Shown in pieces: positions 16,510-24,032 of a DNA stretch of 64,000 nucleotides. The stretch lies in the IMG/VR virus record IMGVR_UViG_3300031555_005249. The stretch is one strand, 5' to 3'. The notes beneath the pieces were generated by a model. It made no database searches. It saw nothing but the letters and a program-made list of their open reading frames with translations, and had not been told where the DNA came from. Source of the stretch: a virus. The translations under genes were made by a program, and so were the position numbers. How positions within the stretch are numbered: the first letter of the stretch is position 1; the number at the start of each line of letters is the position of its first letter.

Positions 16510-16584
16510 TGGTGAAGCGAATGGGAATTGAACCCACAACGCAGTTGAATAGTGTCAACCTCATTACCTTTGTGATACCGCTTC
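16510..16584 (-). tRNA. candidate amber-suppressor tRNA (anticodon loop contains CUA), CCA encoded
   Basis: Minus-strand read GAAGCGGTATCACAAAGGTAATGAGGTTGACACTATTCAACTGCGTTGTGGGTTCAATTCCCATTCGCTTCACCA. Hand fold gives a 7-bp acceptor stem (GAAGCGG/TCGCTTC, one GU) with discriminator A + CCA, a T-arm GTGGG-TTCAATT-CCCAT with canonical TTCAA T-loop, and an anticodon arm GTTGA-CACTAT-TCAAC whose loop centre is CTA. The D-arm is short (3 bp) and the anticodon loop is 6 nt by hand, so it is non-canonical or my fold is imperfect. Sits between genes under a consensus promoter ~7 nt upstream. Confidence 0.55.
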
Positions 16585-16595
16585 TTATTACATTT

Positions 16596-16628
16596 ATATT
16601 ATACCATATAATCTTGCTTTTGTCAAGA
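16596..16628 (-). promoter_or_regulatory. sigma-70 consensus promoter driving the tRNA, TTGACA-17-TATAAT
   Basis: Plus tgtcaa at 16621-16626 and attata at 16598-16603. The predicted TSS falls a few nt upstream of the tRNA 5' end. Confidence 0.6.
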
Positions 16629-16779
16629 GGTTTTCGAAAAATATTTGCAACTATTTTTCTTATCTCCGATACTTTCCTACTCAAAGCTTTCGTGTCCGTT
16701 CTCTTGTTGTACACCAAGTTTCTGATTTCCATTCCTTGCAAGTTAATTTCTCCGCACGAGGTTCCCCCTCTTGACATTA

Positions 16780-16812
16780 TTATTATATCATACAATCGGG
16801 AAAATGTCAAGT
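16780..16812 (-). promoter_or_regulatory. second upstream promoter (P2-type), TTGACA-17-TATAAT
   Basis: Plus tgtcaa at 16805-16810 and attata at 16782-16787. TGCACAA half-sites at ~16819 and ~16860. Confidence 0.5.
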
Positions 16813-17013
16813 GGTAATGTTGCACAAAGTTTCAACAAAAAAATGGCGGGAAGTGTACAAAATGCACAAAACGGAACGCGCCGGCCGGGCTCGTTCCGCT
16901 CGGATTTCAGGCAAAAAAGAAAAAACCCAGAACTCATGAAAAGCTCTGGAAATTTGTTGAGAGGTCTACTTCGTGGAAATTCGGACTTGGCGCGACCGCC
17001 TTCGTCCGTCAGC

Positions 17014-17316
17014 TTAATGGCTGAAGTGTTTCAACACGTCTTGTACATTGTACTCATTTTCATCATCACTCATAATTATAATTTTATTTTCCCATTCAGC
17101 AGGAATGCTTAAAATTTTAAATGTTTCCTTTAAGAATGAAATCATATTCGTACAATCATTTTTTTGATTGTCAGAATGAAAGAGAAGGGCGCCCAACTCT
17201 TCACAATAAAGTGCATGAAGTGGATAGTCTTGCGCCGAGAGGGTTTCCCAATCAAGGGGAGTAAGTGATGATTCAAAAGAAGTGATGACAAGAGCGTGGA
17301 TGAAGTGATACTTCAT
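17014..17316 (-). CDS. hypothetical protein
   Basis: ORF-track ORF with TAA stop. Confidence 0.5.
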   Translation of the reverse strand: MKYHFIHALVITSFESSLTPLDWETLSAQDYPLHALYCEELGALLFHSDNQKNDCTNMISFLKETFKILSIPAEWENKIIIMSDDENEYNVQDVLKHFSH

Positions 17317-17357
17317 ACCGCGTGACCTCCTTGTATCTCTTATTTCTTTTTACATTT

Positions 17358-17390
17358 ATATTATAATATAAAATTTTATAAAAATCAATG
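17358..17390 (-). promoter_or_regulatory. sigma-70-type promoter, TTGATT-17-TATAAT
   Basis: Plus aatcaa at 17383-17388 and attata at 17360-17365. Confidence 0.55.
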
Positions 17391-17398
17391 GGTGTGGA

Positions 17399-17605
17399 TT
17401 ATTCCACACCCAAGAGTTCCTTTATTTTATTGACTACTTGCTCTTGTGCTTGTTTCAGAATGTAATAATCACAATTATCAAGTGTTGCAATATAATCATC
17501 TACCGCTATGCGGATTTCAATTTCATTACTATTATGATTAAGATCATACTCCTTAATGATTTCTTTTTCATTGATTTCTACGCCCGTAGTAATCTCTATA
17601 TACAT
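17399..17605 (-). CDS. hypothetical small protein (MYIEITTGVEINEKE...)
   Basis: Internal ATG of ORF 17399..17725 with an AAAAGGAGAAAACAAT RBS. The stop lies in a hairpin loop. Confidence 0.45.
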   Translation of the reverse strand: MYIEITTGVEINEKEIIKEYDLNHNSNEIEIRIAVDDYIATLDNCDYYILKQAQEQVVNKIKELLGVE

Positions 17606-17648
17606 ATTGTTTTCTCCTTTTGCGAATTTCCAAATTTTTCCAATGCGC

Positions 17649-17906
17649 CTACCAAGCGACTCGGATATGATATCTACCTTCAAAAAGGTTTTTTTCAATC
17701 TCAGCCTTGTAGCCAAATTTTTCAAGATTCGCTCTTATGAGTTCGACCTCATCTTTGGAAACCTCTTTTACTCCACTGAAATAACCTTGTGAAGCCCTTT
17801 TTTTGATGAAGCGCAACATCTCTTTCATTGCCCACGAATGCATGAATTGGTTTTGATTATTTTCTGCCATCTCTCTTGCTTCCTTTGCGGTCATAGGGTT
17901 TTTCAT
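17649..17906 (-). CDS. hypothetical protein; stop is TAG with a 22-codon in-frame extension to TGA
   Basis: ORF-track ORF. Stop codon is TAG (plus cta at 17649-17651), followed in frame by AHWKNLEIRKRRKQYVYRDYYGRRNQ then TGA. Confidence 0.5.
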   Translation of the reverse strand: MKNPMTAKEAREMAENNQNQFMHSWAMKEMLRFIKKRASQGYFSGVKEVSKDEVELIRANLEKFGYKAEIEKNLFEGRYHIRVAW

Positions 17907-17935
17907 AAGTATTTCCTCTCTTTCTTTTAGTATAT

Positions 17936-17968
17936 ATATTATACCATACTTTTATATATTTGTCAAGT
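17936..17968 (-). promoter_or_regulatory. sigma-70 consensus promoter, TTGACA-17-TATAAT
   Basis: Plus tgtcaa at 17961-17966 and attata at 17938-17943. Confidence 0.6.
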
Positions 17969-17980
17969 AGTTTTTGAAAA

Positions 17981-18205
17981 TTATTTGAAAAAAATTTCAA
18001 GCACAATTACATCGTCGCAACAACCCTCAATAGTTATTTCCATACTATCTATCTTGCGGTTAGCATACTCTTTAATATGCTCACATTCTTTAACATACCA
18101 ATCGATTGATTGAGCACCAAGCCATTGTTCTGCTTTGAGTAAGAAGTTGTCATAAATGCGGATTTTATCTATGTTGTAGATAAGCGGAAGTTGTGCAAGT
18201 GTCAT
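17981..18205 (-). CDS. hypothetical small protein
   Basis: ORF-track ORF. Confidence 0.5.
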   Translation of the reverse strand: MTLAQLPLIYNIDKIRIYDNFLLKAEQWLGAQSIDWYVKECEHIKEYANRKIDSMEITIEGCCDDVIVLEIFFK

Positions 18206-18235
18206 AAGTCATTTTCCTCTCTTTCTTTTACACTT

Positions 18236-18268
18236 ATATTATACCACAAATATCGGGAATTGTCAATA
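18236..18268 (-). promoter_or_regulatory. sigma-70 consensus promoter, TTGACA-17-TATAAT
   Basis: Plus tgtcaa at 18261-18266 and attata at 18238-18243. TTTGTGCAAA half-site at ~18296. Confidence 0.6.
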
Positions 18269-18384
18269 GGTAATAATCAACAAAGTTTTGCGCCGATTTT
18301 TGTGCAAAATGCCAGCCCACAGATAAAACGGCTCGGCGCGCCCGATGCCGAGCCGCCAAAAAACAAAAGAGGGCAATCGCCCTC

Positions 18385-18765
18385 TTAGGTTTGATATTTA
18401 GTTATCTCTGTGGAAGAGCTTTGCGCCACCATTAGCGAAATACACCTTTGCATTGTATCGAGTTCAACCACTCTGATGACTTTGCCTTTAGCATACGCAT
18501 ATCCGCACTCCCAAGCTGATCCAAGGTCACCATTGGCGCCTTCGCAAAAATAGAGAATTTCATCACATTCATCTATTGCTTGAACGTCGTGTTGGAATAC
18601 CTTGCGCGCCCATTCGGAGTTAGGTAAAGCTTTAGCATTAGGTATCTCTAATTCGTGGGGAACGTAAACTTTATATCCTAACTGTCGTAAGAGTTTTGCG
18701 TGCTTGTTTATTCTGTCCTTTTGGCTTTCGGTAAACATAGCACTTGCTATATAAAACTTTTTCAT
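18385..18765 (-). CDS. nucleoside 2-deoxyribosyltransferase-like protein
   Basis: N-terminal FYIASAMF plus GSAWECGYAYAKGK resemble the Nuc_deoxyrib_tr family signature. TAA stop. Confidence 0.5.
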   Translation of the reverse strand: MKKFYIASAMFTESQKDRINKHAKLLRQLGYKVYVPHELEIPNAKALPNSEWARKVFQHDVQAIDECDEILYFCEGANGDLGSAWECGYAYAKGKVIRVVELDTMQRCISLMVAQSSSTEITKYQT

Positions 18766-18790
18766 ATCTCACCTCTTGATAGTGGATAGA

Positions 18791-19009
18791 TTATTCATCT
18801 ATCCACTCTTTTACTTTATAGGCTGTAACCTCGACAATATCAGCGGTGAATTTTATCTCTCCCGTAAAGTTATAGATTACGTAAGTATTACCTCTGTTAT
18901 TTGTCGTAAACTCTCTTGCAAACTGAATTGCCATACTAAGATCGTCAAAATCAGCAATATGTTTGCCGTCCGCATAGACGCCATAGTCAAGAATGTCAAA
19001 TTTTACCAT
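18791..19009 (-). CDS. hypothetical small protein
   Basis: ORF-track ORF. The stop lies in a hairpin loop (AGTGGATAGAT-tattc-ATCTATCCACT). Confidence 0.5.
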   Translation of the reverse strand: MVKFDILDYGVYADGKHIADFDDLSMAIQFAREFTTNNRGNTYVIYNFTGEIKFTADIVEVTAYKVKEWIDE

Positions 19010-19041
19010 AATATTAATACCTTCCTTCCTTTACTGTGCCT

Positions 19042-19074
19042 ATATTATATCATATTACTTGCCTCTTGTCAATA
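19042..19074 (-). promoter_or_regulatory. sigma-70 consensus promoter, TTGACA-17-TATAAT
   Basis: Plus tgtcaa at 19067-19072 and attata at 19044-19049. TTTGCACAAA half-site immediately upstream. Confidence 0.6.
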
Positions 19075-19107
19075 GGCATTTTGCACAAAATTTTGCGGCG
19101 GGTCTTG

Positions 19108-19416
19108 TTAACAATATACAAGACCCATATCACGCCAACGGAGAATAGAAATTTGAGAGCAGGCGCGCCCGACCTCAAGCGCTTTTTTCAAGGTACTTTC
19201 GCGATGGCTCTTGTCTATGTAATAAACTCCAGAACTATACCATATACCACAGTTGCCTTCGTATGCCTTAACGGCGTTGATTGCTTCGCGCGGGTCACGG
19301 GTTTCGATACCTTCGGTGGCTACTTGGTAGCCTGTTTTGAACGTGACGCGCTGACCCTTTTTGAGAGTTAAGCCGTCATTATCTTTAAGTTTGAGAATCG
19401 AGCGAATGTTAATCAT
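19108..19416 (-). CDS. hypothetical protein
   Basis: ORF-track ORF. Confidence 0.5.
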   Translation of the reverse strand: MINIRSILKLKDNDGLTLKKGQRVTFKTGYQVATEGIETRDPREAINAVKAYEGNCGIWYSSGVYYIDKSHRESTLKKALEVGRACSQISILRWRDMGLVYC

Positions 19417-19446
19417 AGGTGTTTCCCCTTCCTTTATCTTACGTAC

Positions 19447-19479
19447 TTATTATACCATAAAAGCGGGAATTTGTCAATA
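19447..19479 (-). promoter_or_regulatory. sigma-70 consensus promoter, TTGACA-17-TATAAT, with upstream palindrome 19508-19525
   Basis: Plus tgtcaa at 19472-19477 and attata at 19449-19454. TTTGTGCAAcTTGCACAA sits ~30 bp upstream of the -35. Confidence 0.6.
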
Positions 19480-19593
19480 GGCAAAAGTAACAAAGTTTTG
19501 ATAGTAAATTTGTGCAACTTGCACAACTATGCGTAAAGCGTCACGCCGCGGCCCTTGGCGTGACGGCGAAAAAAAAAGAGGGCGCAAGCGCCC

Positions 19594-19794
19594 TCATATG
19601 AAGTCGGCAAATTGGTCTTCCACCCAAGCCATTATAAGAGGATTAAAGGTTTGTATCTCAACCTCTACGCATGAGGGATGGACTTGGAGAAGAATTGCCT
19701 CTCCTGCGTTATTAGCGGCGAGGAATGAGCAGACTTTTTGCACCGCCATACCGCTTTCAAAAGTTTTATTAAGCATAAAATTCTTATACTGCAT
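19594..19794 (-). CDS. hypothetical small protein (MQYKNFMLNK...)
   Basis: Internal ATG of ORF 19594..19995 with an AGGAGA RBS. The TGA stop lies inside terminator hairpin AGAGGGCGC-aa-GCGCCCTC, which is preceded by A9. Confidence 0.4.
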   Translation of the reverse strand: MQYKNFMLNKTFESGMAVQKVCSFLAANNAGEAILLQVHPSCVEVEIQTFNPLIMAWVEDQFADFI

Positions 19795-19822
19795 ATATAT
19801 CTCCTTTCTTATGGGGATTGCC

Positions 19823-20110
19823 TTAGCAATCCCCCGTATAGCAACCCATATAGGGGTCAAAGCCGTTTTCATCAGGCTCTTCTTCCTCATAGTCATACCA
19901 GTCGTCATTATAATAGAGGGTCTCAGAGCCGTGATGGTAAATGATGCGCGCCATATCTGTCGCCTCTGCTTCAGTAAGATAGCCATTAGCAACAAGCTCT
20001 ATAAGTCTGCCTATTGCAAGAGAATGAGTATCTTCAAGTCCAAATTCCGTACAAGCAAGATTGAAGCAAGTCTGCAAGTCGAGTTTTGTGTAATCCATAA
20101 TGCACCTCAT
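19823..20110 (-). CDS. hypothetical acidic protein
   Basis: ORF-track ORF. The stop lies in a hairpin loop (GGGGATTGC-ctta-GCAATCCCC). Confidence 0.5.
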   Translation of the reverse strand: MRCIMDYTKLDLQTCFNLACTEFGLEDTHSLAIGRLIELVANGYLTEAEATDMARIIYHHGSETLYYNDDWYDYEEEEPDENGFDPYMGCYTGDC

Positions 20111-20148
20111 AGTATTTATTTGAGAGTCTATTCCCTCTCTTCTTGCCT

Positions 20149-20181
20149 ATATTATATCATATATTCTTGCATTTGTCAATG
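20149..20181 (-). promoter_or_regulatory. sigma-70 consensus promoter, TTGACA-17-TATAAT
   Basis: Plus tgtcaa at 20174-20179 and attata at 20151-20156. Confidence 0.6.
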
Positions 20182-20384
20182 AATAAAATGTAAACAATAT
20201 ATGAATTATGGGACGGGATCCAATCATAGTTTATTCAATCAATTGAAATAAAAAATTTACAAATTGTTCACAAATTGCTTTAACGGTGCGCGCCGACCGT
20301 GCCCGCACCGAGCGATATAAAAAGGCGCGCCAAAGGTCACCCTAAGGCGCGTTATAGTGTTGATATGAGATGCTAAGGGCGCGC

Positions 20385-20678
20385 TCAGGCGCCCTCATCA
20401 TCAAGCTGACTCTCTATAAATGGTATGATGATATTGAATATTTCAACTTCTTTATTGGTTAAGCCTATAATATCGCAATATGCTATTGGCTCTGCTATAT
20501 CTTTATATACCGTGCGTACTGAGGGGCTTAAATGGTATGGGTCAATATAAGGGTCGCTATCACTATCACCCCACATTCTGTCACCTTTGACATCGTATAT
20601 TGCCAATACATCGCCGAAGTAGCGGGCAAGATATTCTGCCCATTGTGTAAACTCATTTTGTATGCTTATTCTTTTCAT
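20385..20678 (-). CDS. hypothetical protein
   Basis: ORF-track ORF. Confidence 0.5.
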   Translation of the reverse strand: MKRISIQNEFTQWAEYLARYFGDVLAIYDVKGDRMWGDSDSDPYIDPYHLSPSVRTVYKDIAEPIAYCDIIGLTNKEVEIFNIIIPFIESQLDDEGA

Positions 20679-20682
20679 TATA

Positions 20683-20898
20683 TTATTCCCCCATTATCTC
20701 CGCTATTGTGTTATCATATATTCTTTTTGCTTTAGTAACGCCATATTGAAACGATATAATACCCTTACGATAGTCATCTAATATATGCCCTATGGCGATA
20801 GTTGTAGGGTGTTCAAGTCCTAACTCTTTACACGCTTTATTAAAGTATCTTCTTATGCTCATAATATTCTCCCTTCTTGAGAGGTGGATTATCTCCAC
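20683..20898 (-). CDS. hypothetical small protein
   Basis: ORF-track ORF. Confidence 0.5.
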   Translation of the reverse strand: MEIIHLSRRENIMSIRRYFNKACKELGLEHPTTIAIGHILDDYRKGIISFQYGVTKAKRIYDNTIAEIMGE

Positions 20899-21233
20899 CT
20901 CTCACCTCTCTCTATATCAAAGTAATATATAATTTCATCAGCGTCAATGAATTTATTTAAGTCAAGACCGCTATTGTAAAACAAGTCATTTAATTCATCA
21001 AGATTATTATAGTCATAAGGGTCAAACTCATAAAGTTCATCTTCATTATTGCAAAATGGGCAAGGGTCATTGTATTCCATAGCATACTGAGGAAGAGTCA
21101 CTTTATGACACTTGCTACAATAAAGTAAATCTGTTAAACGGGCAGGGCGAGTAACTATTTTGTTATTAAGATAAAACGTCGCAAGATATTTGTTATTGTA
21201 TTCATTGTGCTTTGTGTTAATAGTAATTTTCAT
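20889..21233 (-). CDS. zinc-ribbon-containing hypothetical protein (CSKC...CPFC)
   Basis: ORF-track ORF. The stop lies in a hairpin loop (GAGAGGTGGA-ttatc-TCCACCTCTC). Confidence 0.5.
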   Translation of the reverse strand: MKITINTKHNEYNNKYLATFYLNNKIVTRPARLTDLLYCSKCHKVTLPQYAMEYNDPCPFCNNEDELYEFDPYDYNNLDELNDLFYNSGLDLNKFIDADEIIYYFDIERGERWR

Positions 21234-21275
21234 TATTATATACCTCTCTTTTCTTTATCTTGACGGGGCTATTAT

Positions 21276-21440
21276 ATAGCCCCGTATAATTTCATAGGGT
21301 TACTTATATTGATTTTCTCTTGAGTGTTTTCTAACTGTTGTATTAAAGCTTTTTCCTCTAACTCTTGTAAAGCAAGTTCAAACTCATACTCTCGACGGTT
21401 ATCAATGTGCTTGTCGACCACTATTTTATTTTTCATTATC
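21276..21440 (-). CDS. small hypothetical protein (MKNKIVVDKHIDNRREYEFELALQELEEK...)
   Basis: Own translation with RBS AAAGGGGGTG. The TAA stop lies inside the palindrome GGGGCTAT-TAT-ATAGCCCC. Confidence 0.35.
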
Positions 21441-21540
21441 TTCACCCCCTTTGTCTATAATGGTAATAGCAATTTTTGCAACAAGTGCAATTAAACCTAT
21501 TACTAACCAAGTGCCAATAAATTCACCTAACATTTTTTTA
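21427..21540 (-). CDS. small TM peptide (MLGEFIGTWLVIGLIALVAKIAITIIDKGGEDNEK)
   Basis: Own translation with RBS GAGAGGTAAAAAAATG. Stop overlaps the next start. Confidence 0.3.
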
Positions 21541-21833
21541 CCTCTCTGTTTTGATTTTTTGTTTGCGCTCTCTCTCTTGGAGCATACTCATTGTATCACT
21601 TCTTTTTGAACTCCAAGTTTCGAAATTATGAACTTTTTGTAAATCCGACGGGATTTTTCAAATTTTTTTTGTTAACAACTACACAACAATCTCGACATCT
21701 TTTGTTCATAATTTATTCATAACTTTTTTAGTTATTTTCGGGAAAAAAATTATTCACAATTTGTTCACAATTCCGCTCACGACATCTCCCTCCTAGAATA
21801 TTTCTTTTATTTCAAAAAACGAACTTCTAACAA

Positions 21834-21866
21834 CAAAAGAGGGATTTTAACAAATCCCTCTTTGCT
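21834..21866 (-). terminator. rho-independent terminator after lipase gene
   Basis: Hairpin AAGAGGGATT-tgttaaa-ATCCCTCTT followed on minus by TTGTTGTT. Confidence 0.45.
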
Positions 21867-21898
21867 TCTCATATTCAATTGAAAATTACGCACACGTA

Positions 21899-22558
21899 TT
21901 ATAGTTCCTTAAAACGCTCGTTTTCTATTTCTCCTAGACTCTTTCGAATCTCTTCAGGATAATGATGTTTTACGCATTTAAAAATATTCTTTTTACCCAT
22001 TGGATATAATTCGCCAACATGGCGGAAAAAGAAGCATATAGGCGGCAAATGTGTAACTATATCACTTCCATTTCTAAACATGGTGAAATGTGCCCAGCGC
22101 TCTCTTAATTCTTTCTTAACGCGCCAGCCGCCATAGATTCTAGGTCCATCAAATCCAATACCGGTTAACCCCTCTGCGCGCAAGTCTTCTCTATGAAACC
22201 ACACAGCTTCATGACATAATGCGGCAAGAGCTGCGCCATGACTATAACCAACTACTACAATACGTTTCCACCTATAATCGCCGCTAAATCCTTTCTCGGT
22301 TGCGCGCCTAATAACAATATCTTCTATTGTTTTCCAGCACTTTAAGAAGCCTCCATGTACCCTATATTTTATCTTCATATCTTTATAGGGGCGGCGCCAG
22401 TAGGCGAAGTTAGCGCACCAATCTAGCTTACCGCGACTTGGCTAGAAAAAGATGTAAAGTGTCTTATCGCTCTCCAAAAATGCATAATTTACTTTGCCCT
22501 CTGCCTCTTGGTACTCAATCCAATTATTGCACCAATTAAATAACTATACTAAATTCAT
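21899..22558 (-). CDS. class-3 (Lipase_3 / alpha-beta hydrolase) lipase-like protein, TAG-recoded (2 TAG)
   Basis: ORF-track piece 21899..22378 has the GxSxG nucleophile elbow (VVVGYSHGAALAALC). Own upstream extension in frame gives MNLV[TAG]LFNWCNNWIEYQEAEGKVNYAFLESDKTLYIFF[TAG]PSRGKLDWCANFAYWRRPYKDMKIKYRVHGGF..., matching the Lipase_3 N-terminal region (..FRG(T)...W..N...VH.GF). Upstream in-frame TAA at ~22580. Confidence 0.6.
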
Positions 22559-22717
22559 GGCGCGCCCACCCTTAGCCGCTTAAGGTAACTGTCTAAGGAA
22601 GATATAACCTAGACCGGCGCTCTCTTAAAATAATAATCATCTCTTTTCTCCTTTCATATGATGATACTATTATTATAACAGATTTTTTTATAAAGTCAAG
22701 TACTTATTTCATTAACC

Positions 22718-22750
22718 TCTTGACATAGTAAAAATTTTTTGGTATAATTT
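22718..22750 (+). promoter_or_regulatory. plus-strand sigma-70 consensus promoter at start of morphogenesis block, TTGACA-17-TATAAT
   Basis: ttgaca at 22720-22725, tataat at 22743-22748, spacer 17. Confidence 0.6.
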
Positions 22751-22778
22751 ATTTAAAGATAGATGAAAGGAGTTTTGA

Positions 22779-23951
22779 ATGGATACATTACAAACTTTAG
22801 ACGACCTTTTGTCTGATGAGGATTTAGATATTGAAGACTCTTCTGAACAAGAGGAAGAAAATATAGAAGAGAAAATTATCACTGAAGATATTGCGCAAAC
22901 TATAAAATTAGATTATAAGTTAGCTACCTGCGAAGAGCGCTCGGCGTTGGTTAATAAGATTATAGCCCAAACCCCTGCCGCCTCTTTAACAAATCGTTAT
23001 TTAGAAATTTTAGGCGATTATATTATGGGAGGTATCACAAAAGAAGAACGTAAATCGCACCTATACCTTACTGACAATAGAATGATTACTGTTGCAAGGC
23101 GCGAAACGTCTTTTGAAGGTTTGGCAGAAAAATTTGAAAATGGAGAAGATGGTATTTATAATTTAATGACAAATGATAAAAATATTATCTTTGCACCAAA
23201 AAATACAATCACTGAAGAAGATATAGAAAATGTTCCTGGTCTTAAGCAATTGCGCGAGGCTATTATTCAAATTGAAGAGGAGGGGAAACGTGCTATAGGA
23301 AAGCGCAAATACCTTCTCAAAAAGCAACTCATAGAAATGCGTAAAGACCAATATATCTTAAAGAATTCATATTAGGCCCCCATGGTTTGCACTCCTTGTG
23401 CAAAAGGAGCAAATAAAATTGATTTAAGTGAAAAAAAATATGTAGATGAAAATGGAGATCCACAAAGCACAGGTTTAATTTCTTTTTTTAAACCAGAGCA
23501 TATTCAAGCAATTTTAAATAATTATAATGCTTTAAAAATAGAGACTAAAGGTAAATATTCTAGTGACTTTTTTTATTTGATGGAAGATTTTGATAAATTA
23601 TTACATAAGGCATTAGATAATTATCCTATGTATTTTGATATTGTAAAAATGAAAGTAAATGGAAAAACAAATATTGAAATTCAAAAAATGTTAAAAGAAA
23701 AACATAATACAAGTTTTACTGTGTAGTACATTTCCAGTCTATGGTGTAAAAAAATTCCTAAAATTATAGCTGAGAAAGAACAGCATGACTTCTTAATCTG
23801 GTATTATCGTAATGAACAAAAAGGCCCATGGAAGCGTTGCTCTTGTTGTAAAGAATTTAAACCAGCTAATTCGCGCTTTTTCTCTAAGAATCGCACAAGT
23901 AAAGATGGATTTTATAGCATTTGCAAAATGTGCCGCAATAAGAAAAAATAA
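22779..23951 (+). CDS. hypothetical protein with C-terminal zinc ribbon (CSCC...CKMC), TAG-recoded (2 TAG)
   Basis: ORF-track ORFs 22779..23375 and 23382..23726 share a frame and are separated only by TAG. The frame continues past a second TAG (23724) to a TAA at 23949. RBS GAAAGGAG. Confidence 0.55.
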
Positions 23952-24032
23952 GGACAAAAATAATTATATATATACGCTTAATTTTATAAATCAATAAAGG
24001 CAAGCAAAATATAATTAAGAAAGGAGATTCTA

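Noticed and set aside
16292-16825. Full-length ORF 16292..16825 (177 aa) as a gene
   Set aside because: Its N-terminal two-thirds runs through the tRNA and two promoters. Only the C-terminal 65 codons downstream of an internal ATG are plausible.
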